From positions 53,694,001 through 53,758,000 of the forward strand of contig OZ249436.1 of NCBI GenBank assembly GCA_965235115.1: DNA of 64,000 nucleotides. The letters are read 5' to 3'. Below, piece by piece: positions 26,138 to 38,589 of this stretch. Positions within the stretch are counted from its first letter, which is position 1; every line of letters begins with the position of its first letter. The position numbers and the translations under genes are program-made. The notes under the pieces are model-generated. The model worked only from the letters and a program-made list of their open reading frames with translations. It had not been told where the DNA came from and ran no database searches. This stretch comes from Laetmonice hystrix (taxonomy: Eukaryota).

Positions 26138-28519
26138 TTATACATGCCCTGGTGGTAGCTGTGGTAATTGTTCTGTTAGGGGCGATGATGATGTTATGAT
26201 ACAGGAAGAAACTTGCCCACCGGAGAAAAGCCCTTCTCTTTTTCGATGGGGACCTAGGCAGTTCAATGCTTTTTTTTACATTGGAAGTACTGAAAATATA
26301 TATGTTAGCTAAAATTGTCATTGATATATGCCCCTACAAAATGTCTCCATTGACCTCTTGACTTTCATCCCCAACTTGATGTCTCACCATGATCCTTTCT
26401 ATTAGCACAGGAAGTTTTAATATATCGAAGATATGACAAACATTTCTCATAAACGTCGTGTATCGCGAGGCCTATACATGCCATCGGTAAAAGGTTGAGT
26501 ATCATTCCGTCGTTATCAGTATATAAGTCTATAGGACGGCTAAACATTAACTATCACTTCTGATGACCTTTCTCGACCCTCCAATGAAAGGAGTCCGAGA
26601 CACCCATAAAACACTGACACGAAACCACTCATATTATATGCGATTGGTCGTTTAGTGCTGTATAGGCATTTATTAGTCATTTAATATGACGAGAAAACAA
26701 ATACGCCGACGTCTGAGCAGACGTATAGACAGGAGAACACAATATCACCCTATTCACCTTTGCACCCGGAAAGAAACTCAGGCCTTCTACATACTTTCGT
26801 CGCCGAATTGCCATAAACGCCTGAATTCGTCGACGGCTCATTCTCTCAACAATCAGTCGTCCGTATACTCTAGCAAAAGGTCTAGGAAAGGTCATCGAAC
26901 AACTAATTCCCCTGTACACGTTCTATTATTTGTTTTTAGCTGGCCAACTTTAAACTAAAATGTTATATTTCATGATTAGGGAGTCGGATAATCATAATAT
27001 TAGGGTGTATGGTTTCTTCTTTAAAAAAGAATAGTAGGGAATTTCATCTTGGGGGCAAAGTTCTTTCTCTTTCCATCTGCATCGGCCCTCGTGTAGAAGA
27101 GAAAGAGGTTATCAACGTTGTATTCCCGTCTTGAGGATAGCTCGTCACCTCTATTCCGTACAACAAAATTAAATGTCCGTGAATAGAATTTAAATTGCTG
27201 CTATTTCTATTCAATCTTAAGGTAGCCAGCAGATAAATGATGTAATTCTCTTGGCTTTGCCGTTTAGCGACTCACTTTCACATTCAATTGATTTGTAGCC
27301 GATTATCGCGTAGCATCGCAGGAAGTCAGAAAGTCGCAATAAACTCTCGCTGACAACGCGTAACTTTGTCAGTTATCGTCTGTGGAATCTTTCCTAGGGA
27401 CTAAAGGCTGTGTGATGTTTGGGGCGATAACAGAGGGCATTGGTAAATTTGTTCTCGTCGAGCTTCGCACAGCGCCTAGGACGAGTGACTGATGTGAGAG
27501 GAAAATGAGCACGGCAAAATACCATTGGTTGCTAGGAACCAACTGACTCCGTGTCATCGTTTAGACGTTACGCCAGTACGCCCGCTGCCTTCCTTATATA
27601 GGCCGTTACATCAACCCCTGCCAAATCTTCCATAAATTCGGCAAGATAACGACATTTTCCGAAGGTCGGCCATGAGATCAACACGGGCTAGATTGCTGAA
27701 GCCAGTAACCTGCCAACTATTTTACACAAGTATGGATCTCTGCCGGCAAACCTCTTTTCCATTGGAACTTTGCTTTTCTGGCATTGATCACCTTGATAAT
27801 GTACATTGCGCGGACAAATACTGTCGTGGCGGCGTTAGTCCTAACAGTCGAAGCCAATGTGGTTTCCCTTCGGTCCAAATTGAAGCTTCCCGTCAAAACA
27901 ACAACGACAGTCGTGCGGTTTGTGATCATGAGGGGATTGAAAGCATTGAGGCGTCGTTTGTGTTTACCTTAATTCCCTCACACTAGAGACGACTGATCGC
28001 GTCGGCTGTGCTGGTGGTGCCCAGATTTGTGTGTGTGTTCCATTTACTGTGGCAGATGACCGTCCTGCGCGTTCTCTGATTGTTGTCTGCGCAAACAGCA
28101 ACTGCGACTGGCGACAAGATGGATTTTCAATATGCAAACCCCAACTAACACCTCCTTATAATCCCGACTGCTGGCTACAAGGAAACCTTTTTCTGGTGTT
28201 TTCATTAACAAATGGGATGTTTTTAGTTGCACACGGAGTATTTATATTAGAATTCTAATCAACTCTGCAGTACTCCAAGGCGATCCTTCCAAATGAGACT
28301 GTCCATTCACTAACTATAATATAGCAGAAACGCCATACACTTACATCAACGGTTGCTTGCATGAGTTGAATTAACATAGAATCCTCCATCGAGTTGGTGT
28401 ACCGACACATTGTCATCTTCCAGTGTGAGAATGTCTGAGATATTCAGTGGGTTACGGTGTGGACGTGCATGGTTCTGATATGGTAGGGTAGATCTACCTG
28501 AAGCCCAGACTTAACTTAA

Positions 28520-29037
28520 AGGAAATATGTCACGGGGGGGGGGGGGGGGGTATCGACCGAAATCTTCAGTTTTCTGCTTACCTGCTCACCACTGACGTAC
28601 TTTATGGCACTGATTGTTTTTCATATTGATTCTGTTAACATATACTACGAAAAATGAATAAACCTAGCTGTAGTGTCCGCAAAGTGCGATGAATCCGCCA
28701 TTTTGGCCCCCTTTGGCTGCCGCGAATCGTTTGAACAGGTCCCATGATCACGTGACTCTCGCTGTGATTACTCGAGATGTAAACAGTGGGACTATAATGT
28801 CCCATCCGCCGAACGTGTGAAAAGGGTGCAAAACAGCCGGCTGCAAATCCCGGGGTCTCTGAATCTAAGTATGTCATTTTCAGTGACCGCATTAAGAATT
28901 GGCAATTATTTTAAACAAAATACCGGCCAAAGCTACATAAACAGGGAGGGGACCTTTGGGGCATATCGGATAACTGCAATGCAGACATATTTTTGCTGAA
29001 ACAAAATGTATTCTTTGAAATTCGTGACATATTACCT
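28520..29037 (+). mobile_element. Kolobok-like non-autonomous element with TTAA TSD
   Basis: TTAA|AGGAAATATGTCACG...CGTGACATATTACCT|TTAA; both ends are homologous to 44516-45106. Confidence 0.85.
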
Positions 29038-31919
29038 TTAAGGTCATGCGAGGCACCTATCAAATCTCCCACCATATCTCACCATGGTAACCAACGTATC
29101 CAACCCAAACCACTAGGCCCTACATATCAATAGAATGCATTTCAATACAAAGAACAAGTATTTTTGAATTAAAAAATGTTAAAATATCTATATGTTACCG
29201 TGAACGTGGTTAGCTTTTTTGTTAGGTTTATGGGAAATAATGCCTATGCAGGTTTACCCTGGTGGCTCCTAGATTAGTGTTAGGTGCACTCAAATTAACA
29301 GTAACGTGCATTTTCTATAGACTGCCCACACATAGCCTAAGTTAGCATGGTAACATATGGATATTTTTACCTTTTTAAAATCAGAAACATTTCATATGAA
29401 ATACTTCAGTTGACATAGTGTGGCCTATACTTCCAGTCGTACATACAATGGCTACGGTTGGCTCTTATATGTGTGGCTTCCGAGCCAAGACAGAACAATA
29501 TGAAAATATTCAGTTGAGGGCATATTGCCGCAGAATATTCCGACTGCGGTAACGAAAATGTTTATGGGGAAGCGATAATTTTATTATATCTTCTTGCAAG
29601 ACAGGTGGTGTGATTCACAGTGGCCGTGGCTGAACCAACCAGCTATACTACAGTACACACTGTATACGAGGAACGCCACCTGTCTGTTCCCTGTTTAGTG
29701 TACACAAAGAGAGGGCTAGTTCATACCGTTGCCTTACGGTAAACGAACCAGAAAATTGGTCTTTTCTCGAGGAATAGCAGGCAGCCTGCTAGTGTGCCGT
29801 GATTTTACTGTAAAGGACGGCTGTGACCATTCTGTATGCGATAGTACAGAGAGGAAGAGATTGCTTAGAGGTGGGCCATGACGTATCACTAAATATGCCA
29901 GACAAAAGTTTTATCGTTTGGATCCCTTTACTCCCTTATAATAATAATTTCGAAATCGAACCAAGCTGTAAACATTATCATATCTTAAGCCTTATACCAT
30001 AATGTGTCAAACCTATCTTGCAATAATGCACGGTCAGCGGGCAGAGTCAGAACCCGGCATATCCTATGTGGTTTCTTATAGTAATAAGAGCCAATAAAGC
30101 TCTTTGCCACCTCAAAAATACTGTGTTGGTAGTGATTTCGGGTGCCAGGGAACATTACGTTCTATCTTTGTTATGCAACAACTATATCATGATGATCACA
30201 TAGCCAAATACAGAGTCACCTTTTTATATTTCCAGGGGGAAAATACGAAGTAGAAAAGAGCGTTTTTTTTACTCACCCTATAACAAATGCACTTTCGAGG
30301 TTATTGTCCCGCCGACATGGAAGACAACACGTTGTGTCACAAAAAGAAGATTTGTAGCTCAAGCCCAAATGAAACACAAACAAATGAAACACTTGTGCTG
30401 AATGAACAGGGAGCTACGCAAGGACATTAATGTGAAAGTCATGCTCGGACTTAAATTCGATCAAGACCGTAACGATAGAACGTCATTTGAATATAAAGCC
30501 TAGCGAAATGAATTAGCAGCCCCGTGGCGTGCATAACTTCGGCAGTACTTTGCTGAAACTTGCAGTATGGCGAGCACTGGCGATTTTGTTTTGGAAACTA
30601 ATAGAGTCGTTTATATGAGATAAACGAGTGAATAATGGCAAGCGCATTATCGTTACTTTAAATATGATATAATTTTATCAAACTATAATGAGATCTATAT
30701 TTTAAAATAATTTCTTACTAAAGAAACCTTAAGGAACTTAGTCTCACCATAGTTGTCTTGAGGAGACAAACACAATATATCCATCAAGCAATGTCATAAA
30801 ACAACCAACGCCTCCTTCCTATCCTTTCTTTTTAGTATTGTTGTGACAGAGGCCCTGAATCTGACAATAATAGAATCTTATACGTGTAATTTGGGTTTGA
30901 TTATGGGAATTTTGCCAATTTAGTGTAACTAAGCTATGTATTGGCGTTGTTTACGTTTCAATTGTTTAATTTGGACACATTTTAATAGACAGCAAGACTC
31001 AGTATTTAAGCTATGGTATTCTCACCTAAGACGTTCATTTTAAAATAGTCGCCAGAATTGTTCCTACAGTCTTTGCTATGTAAAGTATCGTGAGATCGAC
31101 CACTAATCTTGCTCTAATGAAGTTTTATGATTTCTTCAAGGCATATTATTGTTTCCCAAGATCAACTCTTGAGTCCGTCTCCCAATTATAGGTTATGAAA
31201 GCACGACTGAAATATTCAGTCCATTAGTGTATCAAACGGTTATTATATTATTATAGGCGATGCCAACCCCTTTGGGTTTTACAATTATAGGTAAAATATA
31301 ACTGATTTAGGCCACTGATTCCATCTATCCATGCTGTCCATAGATCATTCACCATGCAGTCCTTGCCCACTCACCGTATATGGAGCGCAAACAAGGGGGA
31401 GGGGTGAGGACCATTATTGCCCCTTTGGAAAGGGGGAACAATGCGAGCAAATGGAATTAATTGTGCGATTGTATGTTCTGTTTCAAGTTACCCATGTTTA
31501 ACGTTTCTTTGGGAAGTCAGCCTAATCGCGCCTATTATACGGACAACCAATTTTGGTGTAAATACACATGCCTGGGAGCAAGTTATTATAGACTCCGATA
31601 TTCTCTGTTGAAACTGATTGATTCAGCTGTTTGAGTTTCATTTATGACAAGGCGTCTTACTTTCCAATATCCTACACTCCCTTCGAGTATACACTATTCT
31701 TTGATGCATGTTTATTGTCTCGGATTTTTTCCCAATGAGATGATTTCCTGCTGTTAAAGAACCTGGAATACCATGCAGCTTATGAGCCCAAATTATCAAT
31801 CAAGGCTTGTGATAATGATATCACTTTCTCTAACCGGCTCAGTTTCTCTAACCGGCAACAGCATAGTGGTTTCTTGTCCATTTCCATTAATGTAATAAGG
31901 TGCCTCAGGTAATCCCTGG

Positions 31920-32200
31920 TCCAGTGAGCGTAGTACGTTACGTCCTGTGGATGCCCTGTGGATGCTTGATCCATGACAAGCCCATAAGCCAGGCTGTTTG
32001 ATTAGAAAATATTAACTTTGGAGCTGTCCCGAGCTGGAGGCCACGTGGAATTTACATTTTAAGCGCGGCGGAACGTGCGACAAAGATCCTTGGCTGTTTT
32101 GCTAATAACCATATCCTGCTACACTTGGAGGTAGGTGTGCATGAGAAGCCTTGATTGATCGCGGCATAGTTGAGTAGATACCCCATCTTCTAATTGTTCT
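31920..32200 (+). pseudogene. Possible Penelope-like GIY-YIG endonuclease remnant
   Basis: From 32080 it reads TKILGCFANNHILLHLEVGVHEKP*L, like the KIL...L..LE....KP.LN C-terminus of Penelope GIY-YIG domains. A PCG-containing segment lies near 31950. Heavily decayed. Confidence 0.4.
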
Positions 32201-32317
32201 AAGATATCCTTAGGATGCACCTGCATGCCCTGCATGGTACAACTTAAACTACATGAAAATCCTATTAAGACTAATGTCACCTCATTTATTGTCGGGTTAG
32301 GTCTCTAAAAGCCTTCT

Positions 32318-32759
32318 ACGCTGATGATGTCAGCAGCTGGACCAGGAAACCACGCTGATGATGTCAGCAGCTGGACCAGGAAACCACGCTGATGATGTCA
32401 GCAGCTGGACCAGGGAACCACGCTGGTGATGTCAGCAGCTGGACCAAGAAACCACGCTGATGATGTCAGCAGCTGGACCAGGAAACCACGCTGGTGATGT
32501 CAGCAGCTGGACCAGGAAACCACGCTGGTGATGTCAGCAGCTGGACCAGGAAACCACGCTGGTGATGTCAGCAGCTGGACCAGGAAACCACGCTGGTGAT
32601 GTCAGCAGCTGGAGCAGGAAAGCACACTGGTGATGTCAGCAGCTGGACCAGGGAACCACGCTGGTGATGTCAGCAGCTGGACCAGGAAACCACGCTGATG
32701 ATGTCAGCAGCTGGACCAGGAAACCACGCTGATGATGTCAGCAGCTTGACCAGGAAACG
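32318..32759 (+). repeat. 34-bp minisatellite, about 13 copies
   Basis: Unit ACGCTG(A/G)TGATGTCAGCAGCTGGACCAGGAAACC. Confidence 0.97.
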
Positions 32760-33917
32760 TTAGGGTCTCTTACATCAGAATCAACATTCTTAAAGATGTT
32801 ATCCAAATTACATTTTAAGCAGCGGGTTTCATTCATCTGATGCCCTGATGATCCGCACGTTTATGTACAGATAGTCACAATAGATTGGTACAAAGAGTTA
32901 TTTTGACAGTTTTCTAGCACCAATTTTCAAGAAAATAGAGTAATGTACGCATAAGCTGGAATGAATTACAGAGTTCTGTCATTAAACAGAAATGCCGTTC
33001 AACCATTTGTTGAGAACTTTGAAGTCAAAACAAAAACTATAATGTTTAAGAAACTAATGTTTAAGAAACAGGCAACGCCTTTGGATAATCCATGCATGAG
33101 TTGCCACCTGATGGATTGATTGCAGACATTAAAACGGTAGCTAGCTCTGATTTTCATCCCTCCTACTATATATTTCGGTAATCCATCAAAGATGCAGATG
33201 TGCGCCGGTTTAAGCGATGTCTCACATGTAAACCTAATCATATATAGCGCCACCCAGCGCTAAGACCGGCGACGAAGCGCATGGGGTCTCAGACATGGGT
33301 CGGTGTTAAGGCATCTCTGATAATCCCCGCACGTAGACATTGCTACTTATTATTCGCACTATAGAGATGCATTGCAATCTTAAAGCCTTCTTTGCAAGCT
33401 ACTTTTACCCCTTTCTTATTATAATGAGACCTTAATTAAATATCCGATGCATAAAATCTGATATAGTTTTTACACGACTCAACGCAACACATTAGCAGCT
33501 TAAAGGCGGAATACGAGAACTGGTGAATGCTCCCCAGACAAAAGCAGAGACAGACAGAGCTGTACATTTACAATTCTATTATAAAGTTTCCAGACATAAT
33601 TCAGTGATGCTGACAGCAAAGGCCTCCAAACGAGTGCACTTCTGCTCGCGTAGATGTGCTTTACAATGTTATAGAGCCGTGACTGAACTCGATAGAGACG
33701 ATGCATATCATGGTTTTGTCAAAATAATTTTATTCGTGATGAATTGTTCATTAAAAGACAGATAAAGACGACTCTCAGACAATGGAACACATGATGGCAA
33801 CTTTCTCTTTGCAGTTGGCCACCATGCAGCTCTCCTCTCTTTCTTTGGAGAGAGAGATAGAGCGAGAGACAGCGACAGAGAGAGACACGTATGAAATATG
33901 AAAGATGTGTTAAGGGG

Positions 33918-33935
33918 TTAGAGAGAGAGAGGGGT

Positions 33936-33991
<56 letters not shown>
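33918..33991 (+). repeat. (GA)n microsatellite
   Basis: Direct reading. Confidence 0.95.
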
Positions 33992-33996
<5 letters not shown>

Positions 33997-35776
33997 GAAA
34001 GATGTGTCAAGGGGGAGGGTCCATTGTCCTGGGTCACCACCAAATGAAAATGATTTTTAGAAGGTCGTGGTGTCCTAGTTGCCCAACAGTTAATGACTCG
34101 AGTTCAGGAAGCTACGGGAAGAGACCTCCGTGACACCTCCTATCAAACTAGCGGCATGTGACAAATTGCTTGCATGCAGGGCTTCCTTTACACATTCACC
34201 AGGAGCAGTCCATATCGCAGATTTGTTTCCCATGTTTGATTGCTGAAGCTAGCGTCTGCATGTGACAAACGGCGACACGATATCCATTCAATGTCTGAAG
34301 GTTGCGTTCGTTGGTATCGGCTGATACATTCTGCTCAAGACTCAAGTGTGATGAATTGTAGCCATTCATCACTGTAGTGTAGCCTGTAGGCATGTAGCTA
34401 AAGGGCCACTTCTAGATCGACTAGTCCAAGTCAAGAGCGTATCATTGTTAGCTTTCGTTTCATATTTCAGATACGTCATTCTCTTCAATATAATTTGCGA
34501 ATTTGGAATCACTGACCCTTCGATGGTATTCTAGGCATATTGTAATGGGCGATTAATGTCCGTCGTATCTGTTTTTCTCCTGTGTTTGTTTTATCAATAC
34601 CATTAGCGTCTTCTTTCTCCAGGATGTTCAATCTCGTCATCAACAGAGTGAGGACTCTGCAAAATTGCCTTCTCTCCTTATCTTTTCGACGAAGCGTAAA
34701 AAACTACCCCGATATCAAAATCTATGTTGAGTGAGTATGATGAAAAAGAAGAAGAAGAATTTTATTATTATAAACCGTCAAGTAACTTAAATTTAAAATC
34801 TTGATATAATTTTAGCACTTATATGATGGGAATGTTAAACGTATACTAATCACGTGATAAAAAATAGCACAAAATAAATAATGTAAAAATAAATACAACC
34901 TCCCTGATTGAGGTGCCTGCAGTACGTAAAATGAGCGGGGAACGCACCTTATACGAGTCACACCGTTATAAAGCTCGCCCAGAAATGGTCCGGTTGGCTG
35001 ACCTTTCTAAGATTTTGTGAATAGGCCTATTCTGTTTCATCCCCAAGAGAGGACAGCGTGGACTACTTCAGTATCCGAACATCTTCAGTGTCATTTACAT
35101 CCGGATATAGGAACAACGCCGCCGGAAGAAAATCATTACATGGGGGGGGGGGGGGGGCAAGATACCTTGGTTTTCATTTGAGATCACAGATTTTTGAGGG
35201 GGGCTGCCCACCTCCAGATTATTGATGTTTCCGAACGATTAGGAAGGATGGGTGCAGTGAGACGCATACGTTTTGTGCATGGTGTGTACCTCGACATACA
35301 TTCCAACCGTATTCCCAATAACACGGTCCCAAAAACAAACCAAATATTGTCATTTTATGGGATATGGCCGAATTGTTACTAGTCTCTGTGCCGGGCGGTG
35401 ACCTGTACATGACCTCTGTCCGATAGCCGTCACTCACTCACCGACATTTGTTAAAACAATTATACGTTTCCGTTGACGGGTTGAATCAGATTAGCAAAGT
35501 CCGCTCGTGGTTCCCAAGGGCCACTCATTATATGTTTTAATGACGGACTGGAGGCAAACCCAGAGTTTTTATCATATCTAAGATGATATCAGACGCATGT
35601 GTGCCCCAACCCCTGCCTCACAATTAACGGTTAATCCGGCACTGCTTTGGAAATAACATTTCGAAATTTGTAGTCGCAGTAGGTTCGCTGCTCTAAATCG
35701 ACTTAGGAAACCGCCTACGCGCACAAGATGCTAACTCCCGAAATTGGGACAGGATGCATGCCCAGGTGGAAGGCCA

Positions 35777-36197
35777 GTGAGTGAGTGAATTGGAGGTTTT
35801 ACGCCCTGGTGACAGTATTTCAGTCATATTCAGGGCGATAGGAACCATTTAATTCAGTCAAGGGACCTATTTTACCCCCAAGTCCCAGGGAGCGGGTGAT
35901 GAGGATAAAGTGAGAAAGAAACCTGCCACCGGGAGGCAATCCCTATGGGTTCTTTTAGATGCCCAGTCGCACAGACACGGTTGGACATACCAACGCCTTG
36001 AACCAGTTGCGGAGCACTGGGGAGGGCCAGTGAGAAAAATGGTACTGAAAGGATCCAAATCAAACTGTGCCACGCAAATTATTTTGAATCCGACAATCGG
36101 CCACTTCCCCACACCAGCCCTTGCCCCATTTGTCGCCTTTTACGAACAGCCAGGGGTTGAGCTGGGGATCATTCTTACCCCTGATCCCCAAGAGGGG
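35777..36197 (-). mobile_element. SINE-like element with Meta/MESC-like body and (CACT)n tail
   Basis: Minus strand: body CCAGTGCTCCGCAACTGG...GGTATGT...GCATCTAAAAGAACCC, tail TCGCCCTGAATATGACTGAAATACTG...GGCGTAAAAC...CACTCACTCAC. A second copy lies at 37775-38158. Confidence 0.7.
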
Positions 36198-37774
36198 AGG
36201 CCAGTATACACATACTGGACAAACGTTTAGTCCGATAATGTATAGACGCTGACATCATTACTACTGGCGCGCTGGTTCGAAATGTAATCTCTGGCATTTT
36301 TGTCGACGACAGGGTCTTATATCGACGTCCTACTATTTAATTTTTCTCACATACGGTCGAGTGCATCATCATCATATAGCTATATATAGATGAAACGTAT
36401 GTTATATCTCGTCATTGAAAGCGCGGAGTAATTACTGGCCACAATTCTGTCTCAGTTTCTTTTTTAGCATTTCAGGGATTTAAATGGGTTGTATATCATC
36501 CTGCCCGCTCGTGATTCTCACGGGGCAACTTTCAATATAGGCGTCCTAGATCTAGATCAAGATCTAGATGGTAAATCTAGAAAAGAGTTCCACACTCTAA
36601 ATTCTGAGTGGATAAAGGAGGTGGCTCTGTTTTTTTGGTATGTTCAGCTGTGTAAGTGCGACCCGGATAGCCAGCCGCCGTCGCCATCGCTCGACAGTCA
36701 GGAGGGACGAACCTTGCAATGACATCAGTAGGCCATGTGAAAAAGACACTGTAGCCGTTGCTGGAAGGGTCATTTTGACATCTGTGTGAAAAGACGTTAT
36801 TATATAGCCACCCTAAGAAAAGCGTTCTGTTCCTTCTTCAGACAATACTCAAACGCTACAGTCGTCGGCTAGGTATTGTTATTTCCCGGTACATAAACCA
36901 AGGCAAGCAGTGACAAGTTCATTTAGAGGTGCTTGGTTGTCTTCGCGGTTTCAGCCCGTACGTATACCAGGACTGTCTAATCAAAGACTTTGGTACGTTC
37001 AGCCGTGCATCACTTTAAAACCTTGGAAAAAGACATCGGCCTTGCAGCCATTGCTGGGAAGACGAGCCGAATGGTGGATGGTCACAATATAAAGCCATCC
37101 GTCCGCTCGGATAGTACAGAACGAGCCGTCGTAATGGCAGTGTGCGACGTCCTAAACCAAGAATCTTTGATGCCGTTTCCATTTCCGTGCTGTCTGAGAC
37201 CAGTGACATGGACGCTTTCCAACAGAACAAGTCTCTAAAAGCAACTCGATTCCTGCCGTGACATGTTTGACAGCCTCATAAGTTTGCAAGTACGACTGCT
37301 CTGAACACATGAAGGGGTTACATCACTATGTTTGTACTGGCCCTTTCCAAGTCCCATTACTTGCAGAGAATGAGCGATGTCTGTGCCCTAGTGTCTCTAC
37401 GCTGCTATTGGTTGTGGCACGACATGGTCGCTAAAGTGAGTCGGATATGTCCTTGGCACGGCATACATGTCCGCCTTTTTTATCTTGGAAAATGGTCAAA
37501 TGTGTGTGATCATTTTCTTGTCAAATTAGAGAACAACTTCCCTTCGTTGCCAGTCTTATTTCTGATAATTAGTCAGCTGAAGGCACTTAGTACTTTCTTA
37601 TCAGTAAGCTTGCTCTAGGTGATACAAATAGAATTACCAGGTATACTGTACGAAGGTCATAATATATCGAGACAGACGACATTTTACCCGAGATTCGGTG
37701 TAAACAAAGTAGAGTGAGGGTTGATTCCAAATAGAAAGACGTGATCAAGATTATGAAGGTTACGAGCCTATTGT

Positions 37775-38158
37775 AACCCCGAGTCCCAGGCGGCCGATGA
37801 TGAGGATGAAGTGCGAAAGAACCCTATAGACTTCTATAGGGTCTAATAGACCCTATAGACTTCTATCGGGTCTAATAGACCCTCTATCACCGGGAGGCAA
37901 TTTACCCTATTCCTCCTTTGGCAAGGGTCCTTTATAATTATGGCCAGTCGCACAGACACACGGCTGGATATACCAACGCCTTTTATGACCCAGTTGCAGA
38001 GCACTGGGGAGGGCCCGTGAGGAAAATGGTACTAAAAGGATCCAAATACATCTGCGATTTTGGAATCGGGCACTTGAATACCTCCCCACACCAACCCTCG
38101 TCCCATTTGTCGCCTTTGACGAACAGTCAGGGGTTCAGCTGAGGATCATTCTTACCCC
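37775..38158 (-). mobile_element. Second copy of the same SINE-like family, tail missing
   Basis: Colinear with 35875-36180; carries a palindromic insertion at about 37818-37885. Confidence 0.8.
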
Positions 38159-38589
38159 AAGTGGGAACATGATCTTATTAACGACAACGAGATGAAAAAA
38201 ACAGATTGATTAAAATGGGACACGAAACCACCTTAAGCTTATGTACACTAAAGCACGTTGCTTATAATGCAAAGTCTATCTAAAATTCATGGGCGGCTGG
38301 TAATGACACAAAGTGTATTAGTTCTGAGTTCTGTTGGGTGTCAGGTATTATTTGCTTCCCAGACTCTTGTAATAGACGTTTAATATAGCTCATGCATGTG
38401 CCATTATAATCCCTAGAATGCAGTGGATTTGCCTTGTTTGTATTATCTAGATAATTGTACGGGGAAGCCCCTATAGGCCTATTACCTATTGTTAAGAATA
38501 ATAGCCGGGTATGCATAATTGAAAGGCGGGGGAACTGCAATGACTAGAAAAAGTATGGTGACGGGATTGTCCAAAGCTGCTACGTATAC

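Noticed and set aside
27672..27986. Overlapping ORFs with one hydrophobic frame, a possible exon
   Set aside because: I found no recognisable homology and no convincing splice-site pair.
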